A stretch of 64,000 nt of DNA from a virus (IMGVR_UViG_3300046518_000260:1-64000); one strand, 5' to 3'. Shown: positions 10,028 to 19,104, counted from the first letter of the stretch. The notes: generated from the letters alone by a model not told the origin. Numbers and translations are program-made.

Positions 10028-11680
10028 CTACGGCACATAGTCCAGTATACGCAAGCCCAGAAGCGTCATCCCAAGGTCTGAAAATGCAATGGTCGTGGTA
10101 GACACTATGGAAAACATATCGCCGGGCAACAGGTCAACGGCAGCGTTGAAAATGACCGTTGGTGTAGCGCCAGCGAACGCAACCGTACCTAGCACCGTCG
10201 CATTCCTGCGGATTTCGAAATTGGCAGTAAAGCCGCCCGCTGCATCGGCGAAGAACTGCGAACCGGTAAGATGGATCGGCAGCTTAAGCGCCTTGGCAAC
10301 CTTGTAGATCATCAGCGGCTCACCAGCGGCAAGCGATACGGTCTTGCCGACCGCCAACTCCACCTCTAGCGTCTGCCCTTCGTTCGAGCGCGGCAGGGCT
10401 GCGTCGATGCTTTTCAGGTGATTGTAAACACTGAGGTTATCAGCGCCCGCGAGCAGCGCATAGTTGACTGGCGTGTACTGCCCATGGATGTTGCGGGCAT
10501 TTTCGCCATACAGATTGGTCCCGGCCGGAACTGCCCCAAGTGGATCATACTTGAAACTCAGGAATACGAACGGGCACGAGTTTGGTTTCGACAAAGCGCC
10601 ATAGGAGCCATCAGGCTGCATGGTCGCGCCGCCAAGAACGAACAAGGCCCCTTGGCCTGCGTCGCATGTGGAGACGATCGAGTTGCCGAGCAAGTCCTTT
10701 TCGATATAACCGAAGTCGGTGGCGAAGATCGTACCCTTCTGATGGGTGATGCGGCCGATGTGGAACATCTTGCCGATCGACACCAGCGAGTTGGCAACGT
10801 TCAGATGCAGGCGGGTGGCCTCCGACCCTTCGTCAATGATGACGTCAAGGTGGGAAAGCTGCAACGCATCGATTGCTTCGACTTCGCCGACAATGGAGCC
10901 GCCAGAGAAGTGATAGAAGCCAGTGCAATTGCCCGTGAACCTGACAACCACGCCTTCTTTGCCGTCGGCATTGCTGATGGTGACATTGCGGCAGTTCAGC
11001 CCGCCGCCAGCGGCAGCAATGAGCAATGCCGGTTGTCCAGCGTTGGGGTTGTGCAACTTGAGGTCTTCGCATTTGCAGCCGCTGACCCCGTTCGGCATGG
11101 TGTGCTGACCATTGATCACAACTGCGGCGCTGTCGATGGTGGCAAAGCCCTTGAGCATGACGCCAGTCTTGAACGTAACGCTTTCATTGTATGTGCCGGG
11201 TGCAATCATCACCACATCGCCAACTCCGGCTGATAGCATAGATGACGCTATGGTCAGCTTTGGTTCAGCCAGCGTGCCGGGCGCTGCATCGTTGCCCGTG
11301 GTCGTGTCGACATAGATCAGGGTGTTATCGCCCCAAGCGACCAGACTGTCAGGATCGATAGCAGCGGTCAACGGGTCGCCAGCCGAGCCGTCGCCAGTGA
11401 TGACGACCGAAGGGCTATCCTGAGTGACAACGGTCACGGAGCCGGAAGGCGATATTTCGGTCCAGTCAGCCGGATTGAACGGTCCAGGGGCGACCGGCCC
11501 CAAAGCGACAAAGAGCTGACCATTGTGGCGGGTCTGCTGATCTGTGACGTAGCTGGAGGTTTCGCTGAACTCCGGCAGCAAGTTGACGACGCCCGGCGGT
11601 GGGATCAACGGCGGCATCTGATTGCTTGGGAGTTGTGAGTTGGCCGGGACTACGCACGGCGGCTTGCAAACAAAGTCCAC
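10028..11680 (-). CDS. fibre/tailspike with CBM-like module and right-handed beta-helix
   Basis: GTG with AGGAG SD; IYVDTTTGND...KLTIA...GDVVMIAPGTYNE pectin-lyase-like start. Confidence 0.7.
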   Translation of the reverse strand: MDFVCKPPCVVPANSQLPSNQMPPLIPPPGVVNLLPEFSETSSYVTDQQTRHNGQLFVALGPVAPGPFNPADWTEISPSGSVTVVTQDSPSVVITGDGSAGDPLTAAIDPDSLVAWGDNTLIYVDTTTGNDAAPGTLAEPKLTIASSMLSAGVGDVVMIAPGTYNESVTFKTGVMLKGFATIDSAAVVINGQHTMPNGVSGCKCEDLKLHNPNAGQPALLIAAAGGGLNCRNVTISNADGKEGVVVRFTGNCTGFYHFSGGSIVGEVEAIDALQLSHLDVIIDEGSEATRLHLNVANSLVSIGKMFHIGRITHQKGTIFATDFGYIEKDLLGNSIVSTCDAGQGALFVLGGATMQPDGSYGALSKPNSCPFVFLSFKYDPLGAVPAGTNLYGENARNIHGQYTPVNYALLAGADNLSVYNHLKSIDAALPRSNEGQTLEVELAVGKTVSLAAGEPLMIYKVAKALKLPIHLTGSQFFADAAGGFTANFEIRRNATVLGTVAFAGATPTVIFNAAVDLLPGDMFSIVSTTTIAFSDLGMTLLGLRILDYVP

Positions 11681-11694
11681 GGTCTCATTCTCCT

Positions 11695-11731
11695 AAGAAA
11701 AGAGCCGCAACCGGGATTAACCAGCTGCGGC
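11695..11731 (-). terminator. intrinsic terminator upstream of fibre module
   Basis: GCCGCAGCTGG/CCGGTTGCGGC stem then TCTTTTCTT on minus strand. Confidence 0.6.
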
Positions 11732-11808
11732 CAAGGTGCCTGTGTGTATCAGGCGGGGAACAACGGTCGAGGCAGGAACGCAACGTGGACTTATATCCTG
11801 CCCCTAGC

Positions 11809-12291
11809 TCAGTCAAGCAGCAGATTTCTGCGCTGGATAAAGAAGTCTTTGTTCGGGAACGGCGTGTGTGAATGCTCATCTCCGAACCAGTTTTCATTCA
11901 GCATGTCGCGCAGCAAGTCAGCTTGGAAAAACTTTACTGTGCGCCGGGCTGGTATCCACTTGTAGCGCCGAGGAGCCGCCAGAATATCGCCTTCGACATA
12001 GGGCTTCTGTCCGGCCTTCTGGACATAGTAGCCTTTGTGTTCGACGACAACGAACGTCCCAAGACCGGTGACTTCCAAACGACCGCCGTACATTGCCAGC
12101 GTCAGAACGATGTCGTCAATGCTTGCCTGACTGACCCGTTCTTTCTTCTGTTGTTCCAGCTGCGCCTTCTTGGAGAAATTGGCCCGCTGGATCATTTTCT
12201 GACCAGCTTCGATAATCTCCTGCGAAGCCTTGTTCTTCTGAACCGCCGTAGAGAATGGCGTGTTCGTATTCATGACTACTTCTGCTACCAT
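11809..12291 (-). CDS. HU/IHF-like DNA-binding protein with N-terminal extension
   Basis: LEVTGLGTFVVV...IPARRTVKF...LRDMLN matches the HU/IHF beta-arm signature. Confidence 0.7.
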   Translation of the reverse strand: MVAEVVMNTNTPFSTAVQKNKASQEIIEAGQKMIQRANFSKKAQLEQQKKERVSQASIDDIVLTLAMYGGRLEVTGLGTFVVVEHKGYYVQKAGQKPYVEGDILAAPRRYKWIPARRTVKFFQADLLRDMLNENWFGDEHSHTPFPNKDFFIQRRNLLLD

Positions 12292-12302
12292 AGGAGTGCC
12301 GC

Positions 12303-12860
12303 CTACGTGTTTTCGATATCGACCTGATCTTCTGACTGAAGGTCGGGGTTAAGTGACTTGGCCTGATCTGCGCTGAGGAAGTTCCCCTGCGGGATCAGGC
12401 TGATTGCGATTGTGGTCGGGCCGAGCTCGCGGCCGTCCGCGCCCGTCAGTTCCATATGCGACTTGTCGCCGAACACCTTTGGCATCATCTTGCTCATCAC
12501 CCATTTGCGAGTGTTGATCATGACTTCTGCGCGCCTGATAGCCTTACCGTTGATGGTCGGCCCGCCAGTGCCCATGACGGCGTCGTCGGTCGCGTCGTCA
12601 GCGATCTCGATGATTTGCTCCATATGTGAATAAGAGCGCTCCTGGATCGAAAACTTGACCTTGTCGTCGAAAATGGAATTGTGGAAGCGCCAACGCCTGA
12701 TCGCACCGAGCGACGTGCCTGCCTCGTCGGCGGCTTCAGACAGCGTCTTGCCGTCGACAACGTACATGCAGAACATGTTACCGATGTCTTCGTCATAGTC
12801 GCCGGTCATTTTTTCAGCGGCACTGAGAATATCACCAATGCCAATTGGCTTGTCAGACAC
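12303..12860 (-). CDS. terS: terminase small subunit
   Basis: N-terminal HTH; EQIIEIADD...TRKWVMSKMMPKVFGDK...ELTGADG pattern of Sf6/P22-like TerS. Confidence 0.85.
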   Translation of the reverse strand: MSDKPIGIGDILSAAEKMTGDYDEDIGNMFCMYVVDGKTLSEAADEAGTSLGAIRRWRFHNSIFDDKVKFSIQERSYSHMEQIIEIADDATDDAVMGTGGPTINGKAIRRAEVMINTRKWVMSKMMPKVFGDKSHMELTGADGRELGPTTIAISLIPQGNFLSADQAKSLNPDLQSEDQVDIENT

Positions 12861-12918
12861 TGTGCGATGCTCCGTTATTCCTGAACGTTATAAAGGAGCA
12901 CCGGTCCGCGCGCAAGGG

Positions 12919-13344
12919 CTAGACACCCAGAAAATATTCAACCATGGCCGCTAACAACGTCGGCATGTCGTCATTCCACAGCGCGAAAGCGTCGGTGATT
13001 TTATAGCCTTCGCGCCAATGCTCGGCCCAATGACCGGGATAGGCGAAGCCGTCCCAATTGCCCCTCTTATCACGGACCCCAACGAGTAAAACGGCCCTGC
13101 CGCCAGCTCGGTGAAAATTGTGATGCCAGACAACCTGCGCCGGACGCACCTCTTTCGTGATAACTAGGTGATCTTTCAGCCCGCCGACCTTCAATTCGAC
13201 CGGTAAAAGCCGATTTGTCTTGGGTTCCATCAGCTGTAAGTCGGGATATCCGCCGTTGGACCCTATGCCCGGTTCATAGGCGCACGACCAATGCGGCCAT
13301 TTTCCGCGTACGAAACGCTTAAAATCAAGCTCTTCTTTGTTCAT
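12919..13344 (-). CDS. PD-(D/E)xK nuclease, VRR-NUC/resolvase-like
   Basis: GYPDL...PVELKV...RPAQVVWH; GAGG SD before ATG 13344. Confidence 0.75.
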   Translation of the reverse strand: MNKEELDFKRFVRGKWPHWSCAYEPGIGSNGGYPDLQLMEPKTNRLLPVELKVGGLKDHLVITKEVRPAQVVWHHNFHRAGGRAVLLVGVRDKRGNWDGFAYPGHWAEHWREGYKITDAFALWNDDMPTLLAAMVEYFLGV

Positions 13345-13409
13345 TTTTACCCTCAAATACCTGATATTTTGGCATTTAATAGGGCAAAATATGCCTGATT
13401 TACAGCCAT

Positions 13410-13784
13410 TTAGCGCAGATTAAAGCTATGTTTGCCGGTTTTCTGGCCTTCGATGACCTTTTCAACGTCGCTGATAAGCTTGGAGCCTACGTCATGCGGC
13501 ACTACGGCTGGCAGGTGCCCGGCCCCAAGGAATGCGGAGGCGTCCGGGATGGATTTGTTGCCATTCAGACCGCGACGCAGCTCCTCGACCTTGTGCGCGT
13601 GTTCATCCAGCAACTTGAACCGGCAATGGTCAAAGATGGGCAGCGGCAGCGCCATCTCAGCGCCTGTATCGAACAGGATAAGCACAAAACCCTTGCGCGC
13701 CTTGGTGTCGAACTTGATCGCGTGCCCAAAGTGGTGCATTTCGGTGAAATTCGTGGGGATAACATCAATCTTGAAATTTGACAA
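13410..13784 (-). CDS. hypothetical protein (start uncertain)
   Basis: Open frame filling the operon; TTG 13784 chosen tentatively. Confidence 0.45.
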   Translation of the reverse strand: MSNFKIDVIPTNFTEMHHFGHAIKFDTKARKGFVLILFDTGAEMALPLPIFDHCRFKLLDEHAHKVEELRRGLNGNKSIPDASAFLGAGHLPAVVPHDVGSKLISDVEKVIEGQKTGKHSFNLR

Positions 13785-13995
13785 CGCCGTAATCCCATTC
13801 GTGGTTAAGAAAGATGATGCAATCCAGCTCGTCGTCAGGAATTTCACCGTAATTTGTGATCCCTTTCTTGTGCCAGTTCCAATCGCGGCTCAGCTGCCAG
13901 CCTTTCGATATCAGAAACCGCCCGATCGGAGCCGTATCGATCGAGTTAAACCGGGCGCGCATCCCGGCCCGTTCTTCTTCAGTTGCTTGCGGCAT
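13765..13995 (-). CDS. hypothetical protein
   Basis: 76 aa, in operon. Confidence 0.55.
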   Translation of the reverse strand: MPQATEEERAGMRARFNSIDTAPIGRFLISKGWQLSRDWNWHKKGITNYGEIPDDELDCIIFLNHEWDYGVVKFQD

Positions 13996-14004
13996 TGACG
14001 GTCC

Positions 14005-14232
14005 TCATGTTAGCCATAGGTCACTGCAATTCACGTCGCTTGCACATCCACTGGTAAACCAGATGATCGTGCATCTCCAAACGACGGCATTGACGCTGTT
14101 ATCGCTGACGACATCACCTTCGGCATTCTCGCACCAGCTTTCATCGACAGTGCCGCCATGGCCGTGTTCGTCCTCGACCCTTGTGCCTTTCGGCAATAAT
14201 TCGTCATCATTTGCTTTAATTCTAGACGACAT
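14005..14232 (-). CDS. hypothetical protein
   Basis: 75 aa, SH3-like GTRV...GTV pattern. Confidence 0.55.
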   Translation of the reverse strand: MSSRIKANDDELLPKGTRVEDEHGHGGTVDESWCENAEGDVVSDNSVNAVVWRCTIIWFTSGCASDVNCSDLWLT

Positions 14233-14407
14233 AGTTCACCCTTATCCAAATGACCCACACCACAACTGCGAACAGCGTGCAGAGTAGATAAAGAATTGAC
14301 AGAAAATAACGATCAAACCACGTCTCGGGTTGACTGATTTCCAGCGTGGAGACCCAATAATACGGATAAATGCTGAGAATGATTGGCAGTAAAACTGACC
14401 ATGACAT
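14222..14407 (-). CDS. small membrane protein
   Basis: 61 aa, two hydrophobic stretches. Confidence 0.5.
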   Translation of the reverse strand: MSWSVLLPIILSIYPYYWVSTLEISQPETWFDRYFLSILYLLCTLFAVVVWVIWIRVNYVV

Positions 14408-14563
14408 CGGGCGGGCGCTCCCGGGTTAGAGTTTATCCATTCTGACGCACCAACTCATATCGCTTTTCAGGGCTTGCGGGTCAGCGTCGCCATAATCTAG
14501 TTCCTAGAGCCGGGCTGCAAGTCCTCGTTGGTCCGCCAGCCTGCGCCAGAATGAATTCATGTT

Positions 14564-14746
14564 ACTGTGACCCAGAGGTAGGGGGACCTTGGGAGGATAA
14601 CCTCTGGGTCACAGTGTTACCAAGAGCAGGGAATGTCCTTGGCAATGGGTCCGGAGGGCGAACCCGTCAGTGAACTCCCTCCGGTATGGTCCTAGCCGAG
14701 TTTAACGGCGTCGCTCCTACGATCACGCCCGTAAAAGATAGGAGCG
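14564..14746. repeat. three consecutive inverted repeats
   Basis: 16-bp perfect IR 14564-79/14600-15; 8-bp IR 14651-58/14677-84; 8-bp IR 14712-19/14739-46. Confidence 0.8.
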
Positions 14747-15116
14747 TTTATGCGCAATCGGACCATAAGCAATATTGGAAGTCCGAGCATGGAGACGACT
14801 TCACACCCGGACTTACCGATCATGACCATTGCTGGTCAGAGGATTTTCACCCTGCCGCCAGCAGCTTCGATCCTTACAGCCGAATGGCATCCCTACCATA
14901 CACAGCTGAAATTCACAGGCGCGGGTCACGCCCAAGGCAATTCTTAGATCATCGGCTGCTCGGGGCGCATCCATCCCGACTTGCGGCAGCATGACGCCTT
15001 TCAACGTCTACCAACCATGATCCAGCGGCGAAACTAGATTGACTGGACCAACCACGTTTCTGCAACCATAAATAACTGTTATTTTAGCTAGGGCAATACT
15101 GAAAATGCGTTTCTGC

Positions 15117-15154
15117 AAAAGAAAAACCCCGGCACAGGAGAGCACCGGGGTTTT
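15117..15154 (-). terminator. intrinsic terminator
   Basis: AAAACCCCGG/CCGGGGTTTT stem followed by TTTTTCTTTT on minus strand. Confidence 0.8.
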
Positions 15155-15288
15155 CATTGGGAGGATCGAAGCCGAGCAAGCGTTGTCCATCCAGAACACC
15201 CTGACCATATGCCAGCGCAGCTTCACTGACAAGTAGATAATATAACCCACAGCTACCCGATACAGGCAGCGGTTAAGCGGGTCTGGGA

Positions 15289-15579
15289 CTATTGGTCATA
15301 GGAACCTCGGCGGGCCATTATTCTACCGCCGACGCCGGAGAGCGATCCGCTGTACATGGTAAACGGACCATGGGTCATCTGTCCGTGGTAGCCGCCTGAC
15401 ACGATGGTCTCGCGGGAACCTGCATAGAGTTTTAGCGCCTTGTTGAACTCGCGACTGCAAATCTGCATCACCTTGCTGGTCTTCATCTGATCAACTTTAA
15501 TGTCGCGTTCATACAGGACCTTCGGGGTGCCGTGGGCTGTACGACTTTCGATAAGGATGGTGAAGGGGATTTGGTTCAT
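15289..15579 (-). CDS. hypothetical protein
   Basis: 96 aa ORF ending upstream of terminator. Confidence 0.6.
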   Translation of the reverse strand: MNQIPFTILIESRTAHGTPKVLYERDIKVDQMKTSKVMQICSREFNKALKLYAGSRETIVSGGYHGQMTHGPFTMYSGSLSGVGGRIMARRGSYDQ

Positions 15580-15857
15580 GGACCGTGGGCCTTGGTGAGA
15601 GGTAGTATTGCGGAGTTCATTGGTCTTACCCGTACGAGCTGTTCTCCCAGGATGGGCGCTCCGTCCGCATTCGTCTCAATACCGTCGAGGCCATTACCAT
15701 GGCCCGGGAACCTTGCATGTCTATAGACCGAGGTTTTGCCGGTATTGGTTAGAACGTGTACAGGGTTATGCGTTCCATGAAAAGTTAATTTGCCAGAAAT
15801 CCAGTTGGCTCTTTCGGCGGATCGGGGACATCTATTCTCTATGCATCGAATTTTCAA
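15576..15857 (-). CDS. hypothetical protein (TTG start, weak)
   Basis: ATGA overlap with next gene; no clear SD. Confidence 0.35.
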   Translation of the reverse strand: MKIRCIENRCPRSAERANWISGKLTFHGTHNPVHVLTNTGKTSVYRHARFPGHGNGLDGIETNADGAPILGEQLVRVRPMNSAILPLTKAHGP

Positions 15858-16024
15858 CTATTTACGTGGCCCCTGGGACCTTCTTGCAGGCTGCTAGTTA
15901 ACTGATTTTCTAAAAGCTGAGAATTACAAACGCTCGGAGACGCGACGCCGCCCGCCCTCAGAAACCCGTTTGGAGTAGATTGGATTTAACTTAAATTTTA
16001 ATGATTAAAGTTTTAACGGTGCGA

Positions 16025-16088
16025 TTAACTAATTATTAAGGTTAATAAGGGGTTAACGGTGCCTGATTGTTGGTTAATGAATGGTTAA
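16025..16088. promoter_or_regulatory. three CtrA-consensus boxes
   Basis: TTAA-N7-TTAA at 16025, 16042, 16074. Confidence 0.7.
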
Positions 16089-16462
16089 TAAGCGCTGGAT
16101 TTAAAATGTTTAAAGAAACGTTTAAAGTTTTAAGTTGCATAACAGGCATTATGGAACCATAGCGTTTTAGTGGGCTATTAAGCCATGCCATAGAGCCGCC
16201 ATACAAGGCCGTGGGCGCGTGGTTAGGGGTTAGGCTAGGGTAGTAGCTGGTAGGCACGGCATGCGCATGGGACAGGCTGCTAAGTGCCTCTGTTTACGTT
16301 ATCTTTGTGCTTGGTAGGCGGGTTGTTAGAACGGCGGTAAAAGGCCCGTTGACCGAGGATCGATAGTATATATTGGGTGCGCAGGTAATTTGCCGAGAGT
16401 GAGATGCAGAAGTCAGGGTTAAATGCGTCTCCCCAAGTATACTTGCCGGGCTCGCGCGCCGA

Positions 16463-16471
16463 TTATCCACA
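16463..16471 (+). promoter_or_regulatory. perfect DnaA box
   Basis: TTATCCACA in a 1-kb non-coding island; single copy only. Confidence 0.4.
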
Positions 16472-16824
16472 ACGCCACAACAAACTGGAGTTTAAGCGGG
16501 GTCCGATCTACCATGCGAAATATAGCCTGTATATTAGCAATGGTTAATACGTTCACATTTACAAATTTGAGGGCAGTTCCACAAGGTGGTATAAATATAT
16601 TTCTTCTTAATTATAATACTACTATACCTAACTAAATAAAAAGTTGCTCTCTCTATATATGAGAAAGTATTTATATACGAACCTATACCTTGCAGGTTGT
16701 AATTCATTCCTTTCTAAGCCTTTGCTTTTGTTGGGTTCCTTGGTCCACGGGCCACGCACAAAGTTGTGTTCACTTTTTTTACCCGCATAGGTTCGCGCGG
16801 CCAAACCGCCCAAAAAGGCCAACT

Positions 16825-16853
16825 TTGCAAACCAATGCATTAACCTATATACT
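16825..16853 (+). promoter_or_regulatory. sigma70-type promoter
   Basis: TTGCAA-N17-TATACT upstream of ATG 16890. Confidence 0.7.
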
Positions 16854-16889
16854 ACCATAGCAAAACACAACCGAAGGGACACTATACAC

Positions 16890-17375
16890 ATGCGCAGCAA
16901 CTTTAACCCGTATCCGCAAAAAGATGAAGATGATTTTAATAAACTGGTAGCTGAATTACAGCTTAAGCAAAATCTAATATTGCTAGCCATACAGCAATTC
17001 AACGAAACCGCTGCCGCAACCGTGCCGCTGCTGGTAAAGCACCATACCAAGCGGAGGTTGCGCGTACAGCATGCGTTAAAGGATCTGAGACAAACGCTGC
17101 ATAGCGCCAATATCATGCGCGCCCAAGCCATGGATGCTGCCTATACCACGGCAATGACCGATGTTGAAATTTTGCGCGGAGACTATCACGATAAAATAGC
17201 CGCAGAAAAGGCACAGGAGGCCGTAGAACGCGAAGAAAAGCGCACGCTTGCCTATGACGAGGACACGGGCCGATACAGCGTTCTACGGCGCTCTGAGCGG
17301 GTCGGGCCGGACGGTACTATGGTGGTTAAACGGGAAAAGGTTGTAATTTCCCCGGACCACAAGTATTTGAAGTAA
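16890..17375 (+). CDS. hypothetical coiled-coil early protein
   Basis: 161 aa, GAAGGG SD, own promoter. Confidence 0.75.
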   Translation: MRSNFNPYPQKDEDDFNKLVAELQLKQNLILLAIQQFNETAAATVPLLVKHHTKRRLRVQHALKDLRQTLHSANIMRAQAMDAAYTTAMTDVEILRGDYHDKIAAEKAQEAVEREEKRTLAYDEDTGRYSVLRRSERVGPDGTMVVKREKVVISPDHKYLK

Positions 17376-17506
17376 TTGCCATAGCAAGCCATACAGGCCC
17401 ATGGGCCGCGTTTACACCTCCGCTGGTCCTACCATACCAACCACTAGCAGAGATCGCGCTCACGGGCTTGTGTGGCGATGTAATTTTTTATGAAAGGTTT
17501 AATCAA

Positions 17507-17731
17507 ATGCATCCGACCCCTAGCGCTACGGGCTATGCCTACCAAGCAATTATAGACAAATTTGCTGAAGATTGTATTCAAATGCAACGCAACTTAACGG
17601 CTATTGCCGTGCAGTCCTTACAACCCACGGCCAAGGCCCAAGGTTTTGAAAGCGTTGGCGAATTGCAGGCAATTTTAAACAACTGCCAGATGCGTCTTGT
17701 AGATATCTCTAATAAACACTTTTCTACTTAA
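17507..17731 (+). CDS. hypothetical protein
   Basis: GAAAGG SD, ATG 17507, 74 aa. Confidence 0.6.
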   Translation: MHPTPSATGYAYQAIIDKFAEDCIQMQRNLTAIAVQSLQPTAKAQGFESVGELQAILNNCQMRLVDISNKHFST

Positions 17732-17736
17732 CCCCG

Positions 17737-17821
17737 CCCTTGGCCGCTAGGCCAAGGGTCCTCTACCCTTTTAATAAAATGCCATCTATCGCACACAAAT
17801 AAGCCCGGCAACGTGCCGGGC
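17737..17821. terminator. convergent hairpin pair flanking a 22-bp motif
   Basis: CCCTTGGCC/GGCCAAGGG (17737-58) and GCCCGGCA/TGCCGGGC (17803-21). Confidence 0.6.
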
Positions 17822-17843
17822 CTCTACCTACATTAGAAAATGC

Positions 17844-18206
17844 TTACCAAGCTTCAATATTGGCAACCGCCCACTGGTTACACACCCATGCGTAAAGCAC
17901 GTTGCTCTGGTTTTCGTTGTTAACAACGTGTGCATGCCATGCGCAGGTTGTAGGGTTGAAAACGTACATAACTTCGCCGTTTTCGCCAAAGTTAAATTCG
18001 CGGTAATACTCGCCCACGGCAATGCAGCGTTCGTCAAAGTAGCTGGCATCCATTTGCGCAAGCCCGCGTGCAGGGTTTGGCTTGCGCTGGTCAAACTTGG
18101 TTTCGGTCTTAGCGAATTTGTGCATCAGGCTAACCGGCAGCAGCAGGTCTTCCTTGGCGTTGTACGCGGCGGCAATTACTGCGGGGTCCAAAATTTCGTT
18201 TTCCAT
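17844..18206 (-). CDS. hypothetical protein
   Basis: 120 aa, GGAG SD. Confidence 0.7.
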   Translation of the reverse strand: MENEILDPAVIAAAYNAKEDLLLPVSLMHKFAKTETKFDQRKPNPARGLAQMDASYFDERCIAVGEYYREFNFGENGEVMYVFNPTTCAWHAHVVNNENQSNVLYAWVCNQWAVANIEAW

Positions 18207-18229
18207 GGCTTGTACTCCGGTTTGCGGGC

Positions 18230-18496
18230 TTACTTAAGCAGCGCCCAAAATTGTTCGTCTTGTTCAGAACTCCAGCCCAAGCGGGCCATTTCGTATATCG
18301 TTGTTACCGCATCCACCTGTTCGGGCGTTACCGCCGCGCGGGCTATGGTGGCAACCTGCTCAGGCGTAGGCTTGTTGTCCGTGTTCGCCTTACGGGCGAG
18401 TTCGGCCTTGCGGGCCTTTGCAGCGGCGGCATCTACTACCCGCCCAAGGCCCGCGACATTGGCGTCATGCACTGTATCTGGTGTCTTGTTACCCAC
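18230..18496 (-). CDS. hypothetical protein
   Basis: 88 aa, GTG start with AAGGGG SD, own promoter. Confidence 0.7.
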   Translation of the reverse strand: MGNKTPDTVHDANVAGLGRVVDAAAAKARKAELARKANTDNKPTPEQVATIARAAVTPEQVDAVTTIYEMARLGWSSEQDEQFWALLK

Positions 18497-18529
18497 GGGC
18501 CTAGCCCCTTCGCTTGTTTGCTGCCCTTG

Positions 18530-18557
18530 ATTATAAGGATTTCAACGGCAATGGCAA
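18530..18557 (-). promoter_or_regulatory. early promoter
   Basis: TTGCCA-N16-TATAAT with GAAATCCT before -10. Confidence 0.8.
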
Positions 18558-18587
18558 CCCGCTTAATTCCTGCCAGTTGGGCCTTGG

Positions 18588-18603
18588 TTAAAATTCAGTT
18601 AAC
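18588..18603. promoter_or_regulatory. CtrA-consensus box
   Basis: TTAA-AATTCAG-TTAAC. Confidence 0.7.
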
Positions 18604-18608
18604 CCGCA

Positions 18609-18711
18609 CAGCGCCACAGAGAGGCCCGTACAGGCGATTTCGCCCTTGGCCGGTATATCCATACCAACCGACCCCTGTTCTGCTAACTCCTTGTAATCGT
18701 TACATAATTTG
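18609..18711 (+). repeat. 103-bp cassette, copy A
   Basis: Ungapped match to 19781-19883, 18 mismatches by hand count. Confidence 0.9.
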
Positions 18712-18745
18712 CTTTTACCGCCTTGGACCCACGGGCCACGGGCCT

Positions 18746-18761
18746 TTAACGACTTATTAAC
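18746..18761. promoter_or_regulatory. CtrA-consensus box
   Basis: TTAA-CGACTTA-TTAAC. Confidence 0.7.
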
Positions 18762-18779
18762 CACACCCGCAACACCCGC

Positions 18780-18807
18780 TTGCCGTCCGCGCCGAAATCC
18801 TTATAAT
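18780..18807 (+). promoter_or_regulatory. early promoter
   Basis: TTGCCG-N16-TATAAT, GAAATCCT before -10. Confidence 0.8.
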
Positions 18808-18837
18808 TAGGGCAGCAAACAAGCAAAGGGGTTTTCC

Positions 18838-18915
18838 ATGGTTACGGGTATTGTGATTTACATGCTGATTTGCACCTGCGTTCTCGCGGGTGGCTTTGTG
18901 TACAGCCGGGCATAA
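18838..18915 (+). CDS. 25-aa hydrophobic peptide
   Basis: MVTGIVIYMLICTCVLAGGFVYSRA; AAGGGG SD; first ORF after promoter. Confidence 0.5.
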   Translation: MVTGIVIYMLICTCVLAGGFVYSRA

Positions 18916-18924
18916 GGGGCGCAC

Positions 18925-19104
18925 ATGTTTTCCTACCAAAAAGTTGGCGGCTTGCGTTTTGTGAAAATTGGCCCGTTCACCTTTATGTTTTGCAAAAGCA
19001 GCAAGGCAGCCCGCGCACGGGCGCGGCACAGAAAGGCGGCACGGCTGCTAGCTTGCAGCTACCGGGATTTAGCTAACGGGCTTGTGGCAAGGGAAAGGGC
19101 TTAG
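18925..19104 (+). CDS. 59-aa basic protein
   Basis: MFSYQKVGGLRFVKIGPFTFMFC...; AAGGGG SD; below ORF-track cutoff. Confidence 0.65.
   Translation: MFSYQKVGGLRFVKIGPFTFMFCKSSKAARARARHRKAARLLACSYRDLANGLVARERA

Noticed and set aside
15008-15250. 80-aa GTG ORF
   Set aside because: Spans an intrinsic terminator; no SD.
14408-15290. Possible tRNA genes in hairpin-rich intergenic DNA
   Set aside because: No cloverleaf with T-loop TTCRA and acceptor stem found by eye; tRNAscan/ARAGORN not run.
16221-16255. TTAGG(G)-like telomere/G-quadruplex tract
   Set aside because: Only a few imperfect units, mostly two-G runs; could be chance.
16628-17131. 167-aa minus-strand ORF
   Set aside because: Antisense shadow of 16890-17375, which has the promoter and SD; it runs into the AT-rich non-coding island.
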